The notes beneath the pieces are model-generated. The model was not told the origin of the DNA. It worked only from the letters and a program-made list of their open reading frames with translations, and made no database searches. Below are positions 18,822 to 27,822 of a stretch of 64,000 nt of DNA, in pieces; the stretch's first letter is position 1; every line of letters begins with the position of its first letter. The DNA is from an uncultured Gammaproteobacteria bacterium (GTDB lineage: Bacteria; Patescibacteriota; Microgenomatia; 2-02-FULL-39-11), in NCBI GenBank assembly GCA_964362665.1, contig CAYIFB010000002.1, forward strand, positions 14,404-78,403. The letters are read 5' to 3'. The translations under genes were made by a program, and so were the position numbers.

Positions 18822-19666
18822 TACAAGCCGGCAAAAGGATTCTGGTATCCGCTTTTACTCGCTTCGCCACTTTTGCTGGCAGAATCAAAAGGGTTTTGTG
18901 AGGAGCTGTTAAATGGATTGACAAAAGTCGGAGTCGCTGAAATAAATGGGTTGATAGCGACAGCTGAGGGAGTGGAAAAAGGATTGCCGATCGTTGGTGA
19001 GACTAAAACCACGTTAGAGGGCGATTGAGAAGGGGTGGTGATAATTGAGACAGGTGGCGTGATTCGAATAACTACATTATTCTCTTTCGACGGAACTATT
19101 TTAAAATATAAAAAAGACCCTCCGAAACCAAGTAAAACCAGAATCAGAATAATTGTAATAAACATGAAAGGAAATCTTTTCGGTTTGATGAAAGCAGTTG
19201 AAGGAGGAGGGTTTTGCGATGGAATATACACTGACTGTTGAGGCGGGTTGGTAATTACCGGAGCAGATTCGTAAACGGGCGGAGGCTCTACAGGTACAGG
19301 CGCCGGAGTTGGATTTATTGGCGTAGGTGGAGGAGTTACCGGTGTCTCAGAAATTAAAGGGGTTATTTTTGGATCTGTAGGATTATTAATACGGACAGCA
19401 GATAAATCATCCATTACAGATGCAGGCAGAGATGAAGAATTAACTGGATTGACTGACGTAGGATTAGCCAGCGAAGGGTTTGATTCTACGGGTTGGTTGG
19501 GAGGGAGAGGAATATTTTCATCAGAGATTGGAGGGATTGTTGGAGGTGTTGGAGATGGAACGGTTGGAAAAGGAGGAGAACTGGGAGGAACGGCCTGATC
19601 ATTTACCGGTTTAACAGGTACAGTTTGATCCTTGACGGGACTGACAGGATTTTGGACAGGATCCAT
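18821..19666 (-). CDS. proline/serine/threonine-rich membrane-anchored protein
   Basis: Low-complexity P/S/T/N-rich sequence with one central TM helix (FMFITIILILVLLGFGG). Confidence 0.4.
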   Translation of the reverse strand: MDPVQNPVSPVKDQTVPVKPVNDQAVPPSSPPFPTVPSPTPPTIPPISDENIPLPPNQPVESNPSLANPTSVNPVNSSSLPASVMDDLSAVRINNPTDPKITPLISETPVTPPPTPINPTPAPVPVEPPPVYESAPVITNPPQQSVYIPSQNPPPSTAFIKPKRFPFMFITIILILVLLGFGGSFLYFKIVPSKENNVVIRITPPVSIITTPSQSPSNVVLVSPTIGNPFSTPSAVAINPFISATPTFVNPFNSSSQNPFDSASKSGEASKSGYQNPFAGL

Positions 19667-19793
19667 ATTTTTAGGCTAAAGGAAAAAAAAGATTTTGTCA
19701 AGGAAAAAGATAATTATTTGAGATTAACGACCAGGAAATTACGATGTTGACTTCTTATTTACATAACGATATCGTTAATTAGATAATATAAAT

Positions 19794-21518
19794 ATGCTGG
19801 CAACCCTCAATCTCAAAAATAATCAAAATATTTCTTTCACAAGAAACCTCAATCCGCAAGCAATCAGAATAATTTTCTTACTTCTTATTTTCACAGTATT
19901 TATCTTTGGATTAGTTTTTATTGGGGTTAAGTTAAATTCTCAAAAACAGGATACTCGAAGTCTGGCTGCTTTAGATAGCGGAACTTATAATTTAATTTTG
20001 AAACTGACTAGAGACAAAGATACATCTGAGGTAAAAGTAGAAAAAGCGATAATAAATGATGGTTTTATTCCAAAACAGAATTTGACCAATTCAGATAATA
20101 GTGGTGAAGTCTTGGAACAGCTGGTCGATAATAAAATCGTCACCTCCCACAATCTTGTCTTCAATAATTATATTAACGGAGATGATTTTACAAAAAGTAA
20201 TCCGCCGGACAGCCGCCTCAAATTACCTCAACCTGGGGCCTATTTATCTATAAAATATTATCCGGCTTCACAGCTGAAGATCCGGAATAAATTGACCGGC
20301 AAGATACAGAATTTGGATAAATCCCTCATAAATCTCGCCTTTGCCCAAAAGACCGCGATTCCCAAAAAAGAAGTAATCCCGCAAGACGATACCGGCATTT
20401 CCGGTGATGGTTATCTGGATATCGTCTATATCAGCAGTCATTATACTGACTTTAACCAGTTTCACTCGGATGCAGATGCTTTGGCCAATTATCTTTTAGG
20501 TTTATACCCGTTTTCGGCATTTGCCCAAAAGATTAACATTATAAAACTCGACAATACAGAGGATCTTGGGTGCCATTATGACGGGACGATTACCGGTCTT
20601 CTAACCTGCGATTATACCTTAGTGATGAATGTAGCTTCCCAGGTCCCGTATGATACGGTGGTTGTTATTGAAAACAATAATAACTATGGCGGGTCAGGAA
20701 TACTTGGCGCAAATTTAGCCGTAACATACAGGAACGTTAATGAATTGGCCAAACAGACTGCTGCACATGAAATGGGACACTCGTTTGGTTATCTTTTTGA
20801 CGAGTATGATTATGGATATAACTATAATAGTCCCGAACCCCCACCATGGGCGAATTGTTCTTTCCAACCGTGCAAATGGTCAGGTGTTCCGGGAACGGGT
20901 TGCTTTAACGTCTGCGGATACTCTAATTTGTTCAGGCCAACATACAACGATAGTCTTATGCGCACTTTGACACCGGATCACGGGGATAAGTATGGTCCGG
21001 TGAGCGAAGAACAATTATATTCTGTCTTGCAAAGTTATATTCCAACTCTTCCTACCCCGACCAAAATGGTAAGCCCTACTCCAACTGTTAGTCCGACTCC
21101 TTTTCCAATGATTATTGACAATTTAAGTCCGCAGGCAAAAGCCGTTGGCAACTGGATTGAAAGCACCTCATCACCCGGATATTATGCAACTAATTACCAG
21201 CATGATAATAATGAGTCTAAAGGAAGCAAGTCTTTTACATTTACGCCTGTGTTTAAGAGATCCGGGCACTACGCTCTTTATTTGAGGTGGACACAAGATC
21301 CTAATAGGGCATCAAATGTTCCGGTTGATATCATATCTGATGGTGGAACACGTACTTCGACTCTCAATATTGATCAACGTGCAAATGGTGGAGTTTGGCG
21401 GTATATGGGTTATTATTCTTTTATTCCCAACAAAGGGGATCGAATTGTCATAAGGACGAATGGTACGAACGGTTATGTGATTGCTGATGCTGTTTGGACT
21501 ATCTATGTAAGGCCGTAA
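19794..21518 (+). CDS. M64-like (IgA-peptidase-type) zinc metallopeptidase with C-terminal beta domain
   Basis: N-terminal TM. AAHEMGHSFGYLFDEYDYGY fits the M64 HExGHxxGxLxDEY pattern. Confidence 0.5.
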   Translation: MLATLNLKNNQNISFTRNLNPQAIRIIFLLLIFTVFIFGLVFIGVKLNSQKQDTRSLAALDSGTYNLILKLTRDKDTSEVKVEKAIINDGFIPKQNLTNSDNSGEVLEQLVDNKIVTSHNLVFNNYINGDDFTKSNPPDSRLKLPQPGAYLSIKYYPASQLKIRNKLTGKIQNLDKSLINLAFAQKTAIPKKEVIPQDDTGISGDGYLDIVYISSHYTDFNQFHSDADALANYLLGLYPFSAFAQKINIIKLDNTEDLGCHYDGTITGLLTCDYTLVMNVASQVPYDTVVVIENNNNYGGSGILGANLAVTYRNVNELAKQTAAHEMGHSFGYLFDEYDYGYNYNSPEPPPWANCSFQPCKWSGVPGTGCFNVCGYSNLFRPTYNDSLMRTLTPDHGDKYGPVSEEQLYSVLQSYIPTLPTPTKMVSPTPTVSPTPFPMIIDNLSPQAKAVGNWIESTSSPGYYATNYQHDNNESKGSKSFTFTPVFKRSGHYALYLRWTQDPNRASNVPVDIISDGGTRTSTLNIDQRANGGVWRYMGYYSFIPNKGDRIVIRTNGTNGYVIADAVWTIYVRP

Positions 21519-21522
21519 TTAA

Positions 21523-23484
21523 CTAGCGAACTGTAATGTCATTGCACGACTTGCCAACTATTGTTCCACCCCAATCCGTGAGGACGAAACCTTTCCGTTC
21601 ATGACGGATAATATTTTTCAGAGGTTCTACTGTTAACGGACCATCCAGCCCCTCAAAAATTACGCGGGTTCTTATTACCGTATCGGGATTTACAGATAAG
21701 GACAATTTTTCTTTTTGATTAATTAAATCTTCCGGAAGGAGAGTGACAAAATAATACGGTTTTTCCTGGAGTCTAGGCTGCCAATAGGCAAGAAAATCGG
21801 AAATTTCTTTATCATTAAAACCTATTGAATTGAGAAGTATCTTAAGTTGTTTAGGTAATTCATCTTTTGCAAAAACAAACCCTTCTTTGGGAATAGTGAC
21901 GCCTGTCACATCTGCTTCATAGTAAAGGTAGGGATAAGAGTTAAATAATTGTTTAATCGTTCCGTCGGGGTAGGCTTTGACATTCCACCCACTATTCAAA
22001 TTATAGGAGGGTTTGCTCGAAGTTAATTTGCCCTCTATATTAAGTTTGACGTTAATATCTGTCGGCTTTTCAGGATAAAGATAAATTGCCGGTTTGCAAA
22101 GAGGTGTGGCCCAGGTCCAGAGATTTTCCGAGGCAAATTCCATATTTTTCAATTGCAGCGCCGGAGTCCGGGTTTGGTCGGTGGCTATGGTTTGGTTGGT
22201 GATGGTGTAGTAATAGATTACAGGGTCAGTGCCGGATGCGTCCCTGAAATAAAAAGTTTGTGGAGTATCATAGCTCGAAAAAACTTCATAGGTGACAAAA
22301 ACATTGGTGTCTTTTTGGAAATAAACCGATCCGATTGGCAGGTAACAGGTGACGGCTGATGCCTGCGCTTTGACAGATGACCAACCGGAAAGCGCGGCGG
22401 CTTTTATTCCACCCGGCGGGCAAAGATTGAGATTGGTTTGAGTCTTATTAAACTGCAGGAGATTCGTAATGAACGGGTTAATAGCCAGAGTGGAATTGAT
22501 AAAATACTGGTAACTATTCAATTCATCATCATTGCGGGGTGTAATCTTATTCACTTGAGTCACAAAAAAATCTTTGGCTACAAATGGCTTATTAAGGAAA
22601 GTCGGCGGGAAATTCAATCCCGGAACATCCACGATCGGAGTAAATGTATTTTGTTCCTGACAGTTAAGTATTGCCTGTTGATAAAAATCATAAGTATTCC
22701 AGTCGGGGTCGGAGGTGGGAACGGGAGTCTGTATTTTCTGGTAAAGGTCTTCTGCCATGTAGACATCGGTAAAGTGCGAACAGGCTTTTTCATTCATTGA
22801 TCCGGCATCCCACAAGACCAGACAGTCCTGAACATTAGACGGATCAAAGGCGTCTCTGGCTTTGACCACGTACAAAAACTCACGAAGATTGACATTACTG
22901 CGGTCTCCGGGTCCGCAGTTAGGAGTTTCCGGATTATAGTTACATCCTACATTATGAGTGAAAGGATTCCAATATATTTCCATTTTTTGGCCGTCCTGAT
23001 CTGTGGTTTCCGCAACTTTGCGAAGATCTGCATAACCATTGACATCACAAGTGCCACGCGCGGTATGAGCCCCTTCAATACTTGTCACGTAGCATTTGTC
23101 ACCAGCTATGTTGTAAGGCCCGGCCAGTTCATCTGTCTTACAGCTGCTGATTCTGACATTTTCACGAACTAAAATGTAATTGCGTGTTTCAAGCTGAGTG
23201 CCACTGGTATCTTTCAGAAGCATCTCGCGGCATGAGGAATTGCTATTGAAAAATGGTTTTTCATTGCCGAATTCGCCAGGATTCAACGTAACCCGGTTGT
23301 CTGCCAGATTGACAAAATTATCAGGCCAGGTAAGTGTAAAGCGGATATCGGGACGGGGATTATAGCAAAGGCCGGTGGCGTAGTTGACAGTAGGAGTATT
23401 GTTGGCCGGAGCATAGCTATTCATACCGCTTCCGGCTCCAAAACCAATCAAAGCACTGAACAATGCTGCAATTACCTGCCACAT
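21523..23484 (-). CDS. large secreted hypothetical protein
   Basis: 653 aa with a signal peptide. No recognised domain. Confidence 0.35.
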   Translation of the reverse strand: MWQVIAALFSALIGFGAGSGMNSYAPANNTPTVNYATGLCYNPRPDIRFTLTWPDNFVNLADNRVTLNPGEFGNEKPFFNSNSSCREMLLKDTSGTQLETRNYILVRENVRISSCKTDELAGPYNIAGDKCYVTSIEGAHTARGTCDVNGYADLRKVAETTDQDGQKMEIYWNPFTHNVGCNYNPETPNCGPGDRSNVNLREFLYVVKARDAFDPSNVQDCLVLWDAGSMNEKACSHFTDVYMAEDLYQKIQTPVPTSDPDWNTYDFYQQAILNCQEQNTFTPIVDVPGLNFPPTFLNKPFVAKDFFVTQVNKITPRNDDELNSYQYFINSTLAINPFITNLLQFNKTQTNLNLCPPGGIKAAALSGWSSVKAQASAVTCYLPIGSVYFQKDTNVFVTYEVFSSYDTPQTFYFRDASGTDPVIYYYTITNQTIATDQTRTPALQLKNMEFASENLWTWATPLCKPAIYLYPEKPTDINVKLNIEGKLTSSKPSYNLNSGWNVKAYPDGTIKQLFNSYPYLYYEADVTGVTIPKEGFVFAKDELPKQLKILLNSIGFNDKEISDFLAYWQPRLQEKPYYFVTLLPEDLINQKEKLSLSVNPDTVIRTRVIFEGLDGPLTVEPLKNIIRHERKGFVLTDWGGTIVGKSCNDITVR

Positions 23485-23506
23485 ATATTTTCAGTATACA
23501 ACATTA

Positions 23507-24127
23507 TTATAATGATTTTTCAAGTCTTGTTTTACAAAGTTCAAAAACCAGAGGGAAATCCTTATAACCTGCTTCACTATTCATATGTCCGGCAGACAGG
23601 ACCTGAATAGGTGAGCTGTCGAGTTTTTTCGCAAAATCCAGCGGGTACTTTTTGTCTACATAAGGATCGTTATCTGAATAAAGCGCATAGGATATTGGTA
23701 TTAGCCTTTTTAAGCGGGTAAAGTCAAAGTCCGTCCGGTAAAAAGTTTTATTCACCAGATGGACTTGCCAATACTTATCGTCAGGAAGACTGAGGAATGG
23801 GGAGACAAAGATGGCGCTGTCGAGTGGAATATCAAATTTTTCCAAAGCGTGCAAAATAAAAAGAGGGCCGAGCGAATGGCCGATAAAGCAGATTTTGTCA
23901 TTTTGATTAAGTTCGGTTAGAATTTTTTCAAAAGTCTTCAGCCAATGGTCAAGAGTCTGATTGTTGGAAGGAATGTTGGGGCCTTGGCTGGTAATAGTAT
24001 CCCAATCATCGACGGGAAACTGGGGGGTGAAGACTTTTTGCCCTAAAGATGATAGCTTTTCCCCAAGCTCTGGAAACCAATTTTCTTCAGGGTTCCCAAA
24101 GGCGCCGTGAATAATGACGAATTGCAT
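23507..24127 (-). CDS. alpha/beta-hydrolase-fold serine hydrolase (RBBP9/YdeN-like)
   Basis: GHSLG nucleophile elbow. ~200 aa single-domain esterase pattern. Confidence 0.5.
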   Translation of the reverse strand: MQFVIIHGAFGNPEENWFPELGEKLSSLGQKVFTPQFPVDDWDTITSQGPNIPSNNQTLDHWLKTFEKILTELNQNDKICFIGHSLGPLFILHALEKFDIPLDSAIFVSPFLSLPDDKYWQVHLVNKTFYRTDFDFTRLKRLIPISYALYSDNDPYVDKKYPLDFAKKLDSSPIQVLSAGHMNSEAGYKDFPLVFELCKTRLEKSL

Positions 24128-24190
24128 ATTGAAATTGATTATACCAAAAAATGCTTCTTAAAACCGGGGACGGTTCATTGATATAACCTG

Positions 24191-24222
24191 TTGACAAATT
24201 GTACAAAAAATTGTACACTTAG
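24191..24222 (+). promoter_or_regulatory. promoter/operator of TA pair 1 (TTGACA + two TTGTACA palindromes)
   Basis: TTGACAaattgtacaaaaaattgtacactt directly upstream of the antitoxin ATG at 24226. The repeated palindromic TGTACA is a typical autorepression site. Confidence 0.4.
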
Positions 24223-24225
24223 AAC

Positions 24226-24495
24226 ATGATTAATACTGTTCCTATTTCAGAGGCAAGAAGTATTCTTCCCAAACTCATAGAAGATGCAGACACCCTGTCG
24301 CAAAAAACCCTGATAACAGTGGGAGGAAAGGTAAAGGCGGCAATTGTAAATGCCAGAGATCTTGAACTTTTAGAGGAAACTCTGGAGATATTAAATGATC
24401 CTAAAGCGATGGAGGCCATAAAAAAGGGCAAAAAGGATATTAAAAAAGGAAGCCTTATAGATTGGGAAGAACTTCAAGACGAACTCAATCTCTAA
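24226..24495 (+). CDS. Phd/YefM-family antitoxin
   Basis: 89 aa. N-terminal INTVPISEARSILPKLIED is characteristic of Phd/YefM. Its stop abuts the toxin start. Confidence 0.75.
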   Translation: MINTVPISEARSILPKLIEDADTLSQKTLITVGGKVKAAIVNARDLELLEETLEILNDPKAMEAIKKGKKDIKKGSLIDWEELQDELNL

Positions 24496-24747
24496 ATGTA
24501 CCAAGTAAAATTCACCCAAACTGCTGTAACTGACCTCAGAAAACTGGATAGAAGATATCAATTATCAGTAAAAAAAGCAATTGACAGATTATCACAGAAT
24601 CCCAAAGTCGGAATGCCCCTGAAAGGAAAATTAAAGGGTTTATGGAAGCTTAGATTTTCCAGATACAGAATCATTTATCAAATAATAGAACAAAAATTGA
24701 TCATCGTGATTTTTGAAGTCAAACACCGAAAAAATGTATATCAATAA
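24496..24747 (+). CDS. RelE/ParE-family toxin
   Basis: 83 aa. YQVKFTQTAVTDLRKLD...RIIYQI is a RelE/ParE-like core. The ATG overlaps the antitoxin stop. Confidence 0.75.
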   Translation: MYQVKFTQTAVTDLRKLDRRYQLSVKKAIDRLSQNPKVGMPLKGKLKGLWKLRFSRYRIIYQIIEQKLIIVIFEVKHRKNVYQ

Positions 24748-24950
24748 AGAATTGTCAGCCTCTAACGTATATATCCCAAGCGTTTAACCCGAATTATATC
24801 GAAAGAAAATCGAAGGAGAGAGGGGAATCAGAACGTATTACTTATTAAAAGTGATATAATTTTTACTTAAGGTGGAGGTGAATAAAAGTAAGGTAATTTT
24901 AAGTTGTACAACTATTGACAACTTCTCAGCTATTAGTTAAACTTTATCAT

Positions 24951-25259
24951 ATGACTATTCTTAATTCCGCTGATTTGAGGAATAATCTTTCTGAAATATT
25001 AGAGCTTGTGGCGTCCAAGAAGAAACCGGTATATATTGGCCGGTTTGGACAACCGAAGGCGGTGCTTATGGATTTAGTGACATATAATTGGCAGAAACAG
25101 GTATTTCAATATCTGCAAAGACTTAATACACTCACCCCGTCTGAAATCGAGACACTCAATATTTTACTTGATGAGAAAACCCGTAATTCTCTTTTACTTG
25201 GCCTGGGTGAGATCAAGAGCGGGGAAGTGGTGAGTCTCTCTGAATTCCTGAAAGAGTAA
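24951..25259 (+). CDS. Phd/YefM-like antitoxin (second pair)
   Basis: MTILNSADLRNNLSEILELVASKKKPVYIGRFGQPKAVLMD. Start trimmed to the internal ATG after a TTGACA-17-TAAACT promoter-like sequence. Confidence 0.55.
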   Translation: MTILNSADLRNNLSEILELVASKKKPVYIGRFGQPKAVLMDLVTYNWQKQVFQYLQRLNTLTPSEIETLNILLDEKTRNSLLLGLGEIKSGEVVSLSEFLKE

Positions 25260-25307
25260 ATGCCATGTAAACCCTTCTTACTGAAGGGTTTATACTGATT
25301 CCAAATT

Positions 25308-25613
25308 ATGGTAAAAGAAGTATATCAAGTCTATCTTTCCAAATCCGCTGCAAAAACCGGTAAAAAACAAGGAAAAGCATTTGACATAAAAATAGGCACA
25401 ATTCTTAAACAACTTTCAAAAACCCCCATACCCGGACAGGCAGAAAGATTATCAGGAGAATTTAATTTTCTGTATTCGTACCATTTTACAAACAATGGCA
25501 CTGCATTTCGGCTCTGTTATCAGGTGAGTGAAGAAGCAAAAACGATTACTGTCGTTTTGATTGGGCCTCGAGAGAACTTCTATAAAATCCTCAAACAGAA
25601 GTTGTCTTTTTAA
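25308..25613 (+). CDS. RelE/ParE-superfamily toxin (second pair)
   Basis: 101 aa. The size, basic character and position immediately after a Phd-like gene fit a toxin. Confidence 0.5.
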   Translation: MVKEVYQVYLSKSAAKTGKKQGKAFDIKIGTILKQLSKTPIPGQAERLSGEFNFLYSYHFTNNGTAFRLCYQVSEEAKTITVVLIGPRENFYKILKQKLSF

Positions 25614-25689
25614 CTTATAATTCCTGATGTTTGTTTTGAGTGTTTGTTTTGAGTGTAATCGAAGGGGAGGACATTAAGAACGTCTTAAT

Positions 25690-25940
25690 TAATTGACAAT
25701 TTATAATGAAATCGCTACTATTCCGGAATGTTGGAAGCTGTAAATCTAATTTCACTGGATTTGGATGGAGTGGTTACCCTAATGTCTCTTTTTTGCTGCA
25801 GAGCCTGGTCTATCAAAAAAACCTGATTGCTTCGCAGAAGCGGCATCGTGTTCTGTGAAAAAAATCCATATTCAGACACTTCATGGCTTGGAGTAAACTC
25901 TCCGCCGATAAATACACCGATATAACATATATCCAGCCAG
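25690..25940 (+). pseudogene. chimeric duplicated fragment: 5' end of gene 29158 fused to 3' end of NUDIX gene 26777..27241
   Basis: 25695-25790 is near-identical to 29121-29215, covering the promoter and first ~20 codons. 25790-25940 is near-identical to 26785-26945. The fused reading frame stops after 32 codons. Confidence 0.65.
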
Positions 25941-26024
25941 GAGTCGGCATTTTAGATATAGACCTATAGTGTACAAATCTTCAATTTTAAGATACAATAA
26001 GGTGATTAGCTTGGGAGTAAACTT

Positions 26025-26696
26025 ATGTTTGAACGTTCTTTTGGATCGAATGATGGTTTTTCTAGGTTAAATAAATGGGGAAGGAAGACTCTGGTTGTTG
26101 GTTTAATATATTCTCTCTCACCAGTAGCTCCACTTCCCGTAGCAGAGGTTGTTGATTTAGGTGATGTTCAAATTCCTTTGAGGTATATAGCCGATTGTTC
26201 ACTAAGTCCTCCTCAAGGAGTAGTAGTAAGCTGTTCTGGGTTTCCAACAACTGATGAAAATAAATGGTGGCCAGTACAAGGCCAACCAGTTTTCATGGCC
26301 CATAATACAACTTATGCGAAACCGGGTGATAACCCGCCGAGAGGCAGATTAAACCCGGGTGCTGAGATGATGAATCATACAGGACAGTGTGTGATTTTTG
26401 GGAATCTTGGGGATTTCAAAATTGGGGAGTTTGTAGAAAAATCTAGAGCAACAGCTTGGCTAACAGATGATTACCCCAGAATAATAACTAGCGCAGGAAT
26501 AGCAGTAAAAATTCCACCCGGTGAGCCGGGTAAGGATGCGGTTACGGTCTACGAAGCCCCGCTTACTCCTTGTGAAGAATTGGATACATTAACCACGGGA
26601 GGGGATGTAATGCTCAATGTGGTCAAGACTGGTGATAATTTATCAAAAAATCGCGGGGAGGTATGGGGGGGCGCTCAAACAGTTAACAGACGCTAA
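26025..26696 (+). CDS. hypothetical secreted protein
   Basis: 223 aa with an N-terminal hydrophobic segment. No recognised domain. Confidence 0.3.
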   Translation: MFERSFGSNDGFSRLNKWGRKTLVVGLIYSLSPVAPLPVAEVVDLGDVQIPLRYIADCSLSPPQGVVVSCSGFPTTDENKWWPVQGQPVFMAHNTTYAKPGDNPPRGRLNPGAEMMNHTGQCVIFGNLGDFKIGEFVEKSRATAWLTDDYPRIITSAGIAVKIPPGEPGKDAVTVYEAPLTPCEELDTLTTGGDVMLNVVKTGDNLSKNRGEVWGGAQTVNRR

Positions 26697-26776
26697 CAAT
26701 ATAAACATTAATGTTAACGGCAGGGCAATAATTTGGCCTGGTGAGGATTTGATAATTCCGACTCCAACGCCATAAT

Positions 26777-27241
26777 CTATGATATTCGTTTTTGCTGCAG
26801 AGCCTGGTCTATCAAAAAAACCTGATTGCTTCGAAGAAGCGGCATTGCATCCTCTGAAAAAAAGCCAAACTCAGATACTTCATGGTTTGGAGTAAACTCT
26901 CCGCCGATAAATACTCCGATATAGCACATGTCGAGTCGGGAGCCGATGCGGTCAGTGCGGGTTTTGAGTGATTCATCGACACTGACCACCAGTCCTGATT
27001 CTTCTTTTATTTCCCGCTCAAGCGCCTCAGCAGGATGCTCGCCGGATTTCAAATATCCGCCCGGCAGACTCCAGGAGTGCTGTCTGTAAGTATGTTTAAA
27101 AAGCAAGACTTCGTTTTTCTCGTTAAAAATAATTCCTGTAACCCCGATCAAAAATTGAGTTTGAAAAAAACGCATGAAAAAGAGCTGTAAGCCTTTGGGA
27201 AGGTTCAATAGTTTCCAGACTTTGGCAAAAAATGATTTCAC
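26777..27241 (-). CDS. NUDIX hydrolase
   Basis: Nudix box GGYLKSGEHPAEALEREIKEESGL fits Gx5Ex7REUxEExGU. Confidence 0.8.
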   Translation of the reverse strand: MKSFFAKVWKLLNLPKGLQLFFMRFFQTQFLIGVTGIIFNEKNEVLLFKHTYRQHSWSLPGGYLKSGEHPAEALEREIKEESGLVVSVDESLKTRTDRIGSRLDMCYIGVFIGGEFTPNHEVSEFGFFSEDAMPLLRSNQVFLIDQALQQKRIS

Positions 27242-27585
27242 AAAGCGTTTTTATCAAGAGGCTCAATAACTGTGGAGTTATTTTTAAGTCTCTCGTTTTC
27301 TATTTCCAGCTGATGGATCCGCTTGGTCAAACCGACGATGTCGCTTTTACCCTTTTTGATTTTATTATCTTTCCCGTGCATGGTAAAGGCGGTAAAAATT
27401 GAATTGAAAAGGAAGATGAGATACGCCAAACCCAGTCCCGTCAAAAGAGAACCAACGATTACATAAAAGAGGGGAATATCAGATAACACGTATGATCCAA
27501 GGTGCAGTGTGACCAATGTCAAATTGTTTTGTGCCAGATACACCATGACTCCGCCGACAACTAAAAATAAGATAAGTATAAGCAT
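27238..27585 (-). CDS. LapA-like (DUF1049) small inner-membrane protein
   Basis: Two TM helices followed by a coiled tail (IHQLEIENERLKN). Confidence 0.4.
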   Translation of the reverse strand: MLILILFLVVGGVMVYLAQNNLTLVTLHLGSYVLSDIPLFYVIVGSLLTGLGLAYLIFLFNSIFTAFTMHGKDNKIKKGKSDIVGLTKRIHQLEIENERLKNNSTVIEPLDKNAL

Positions 27586-27651
27586 TGCTAAATAGTATAC
27601 AGACTTAATTGATATTTGACAAGTACTACAAATTATTGTACCTTATGAAGT

Positions 27652-27822
27652 ATGTCAACAATTAAAAAACAACGTATAACCCTCTTTCTTAACCCGTCTA
27701 TTGCTAAGCAGGCTAAAGCTCAAGCTGTGGTGGAGGAACTAAGCTTAACCGCTCTAGTAGAAAAAGCATTGATCAACTATTTACCCAAAGAAACAGTTAT
27801 TAAAAAAACTGTACTTTATTAG
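27652..27822 (+). CDS. small ribbon-helix-helix (CopG-like) protein, 56 aa (below ORF-track cutoff)
   Basis: KQRITLFLNPSIAKQAKAQAVVEELSLTALVEKALINYL follows a beta-strand-helix-helix RHH pattern. TTGACA lies 30 nt upstream. Confidence 0.3.
   Translation: MSTIKKQRITLFLNPSIAKQAKAQAVVEELSLTALVEKALINYLPKETVIKKTVLY

Noticed and set aside
24914-24951. Upstream ATG at 24915 for the second antitoxin
   Set aside because: It would place the start inside the predicted -35/-10 region. The internal ATG at 24951 gives a typical Phd-like N-terminus.
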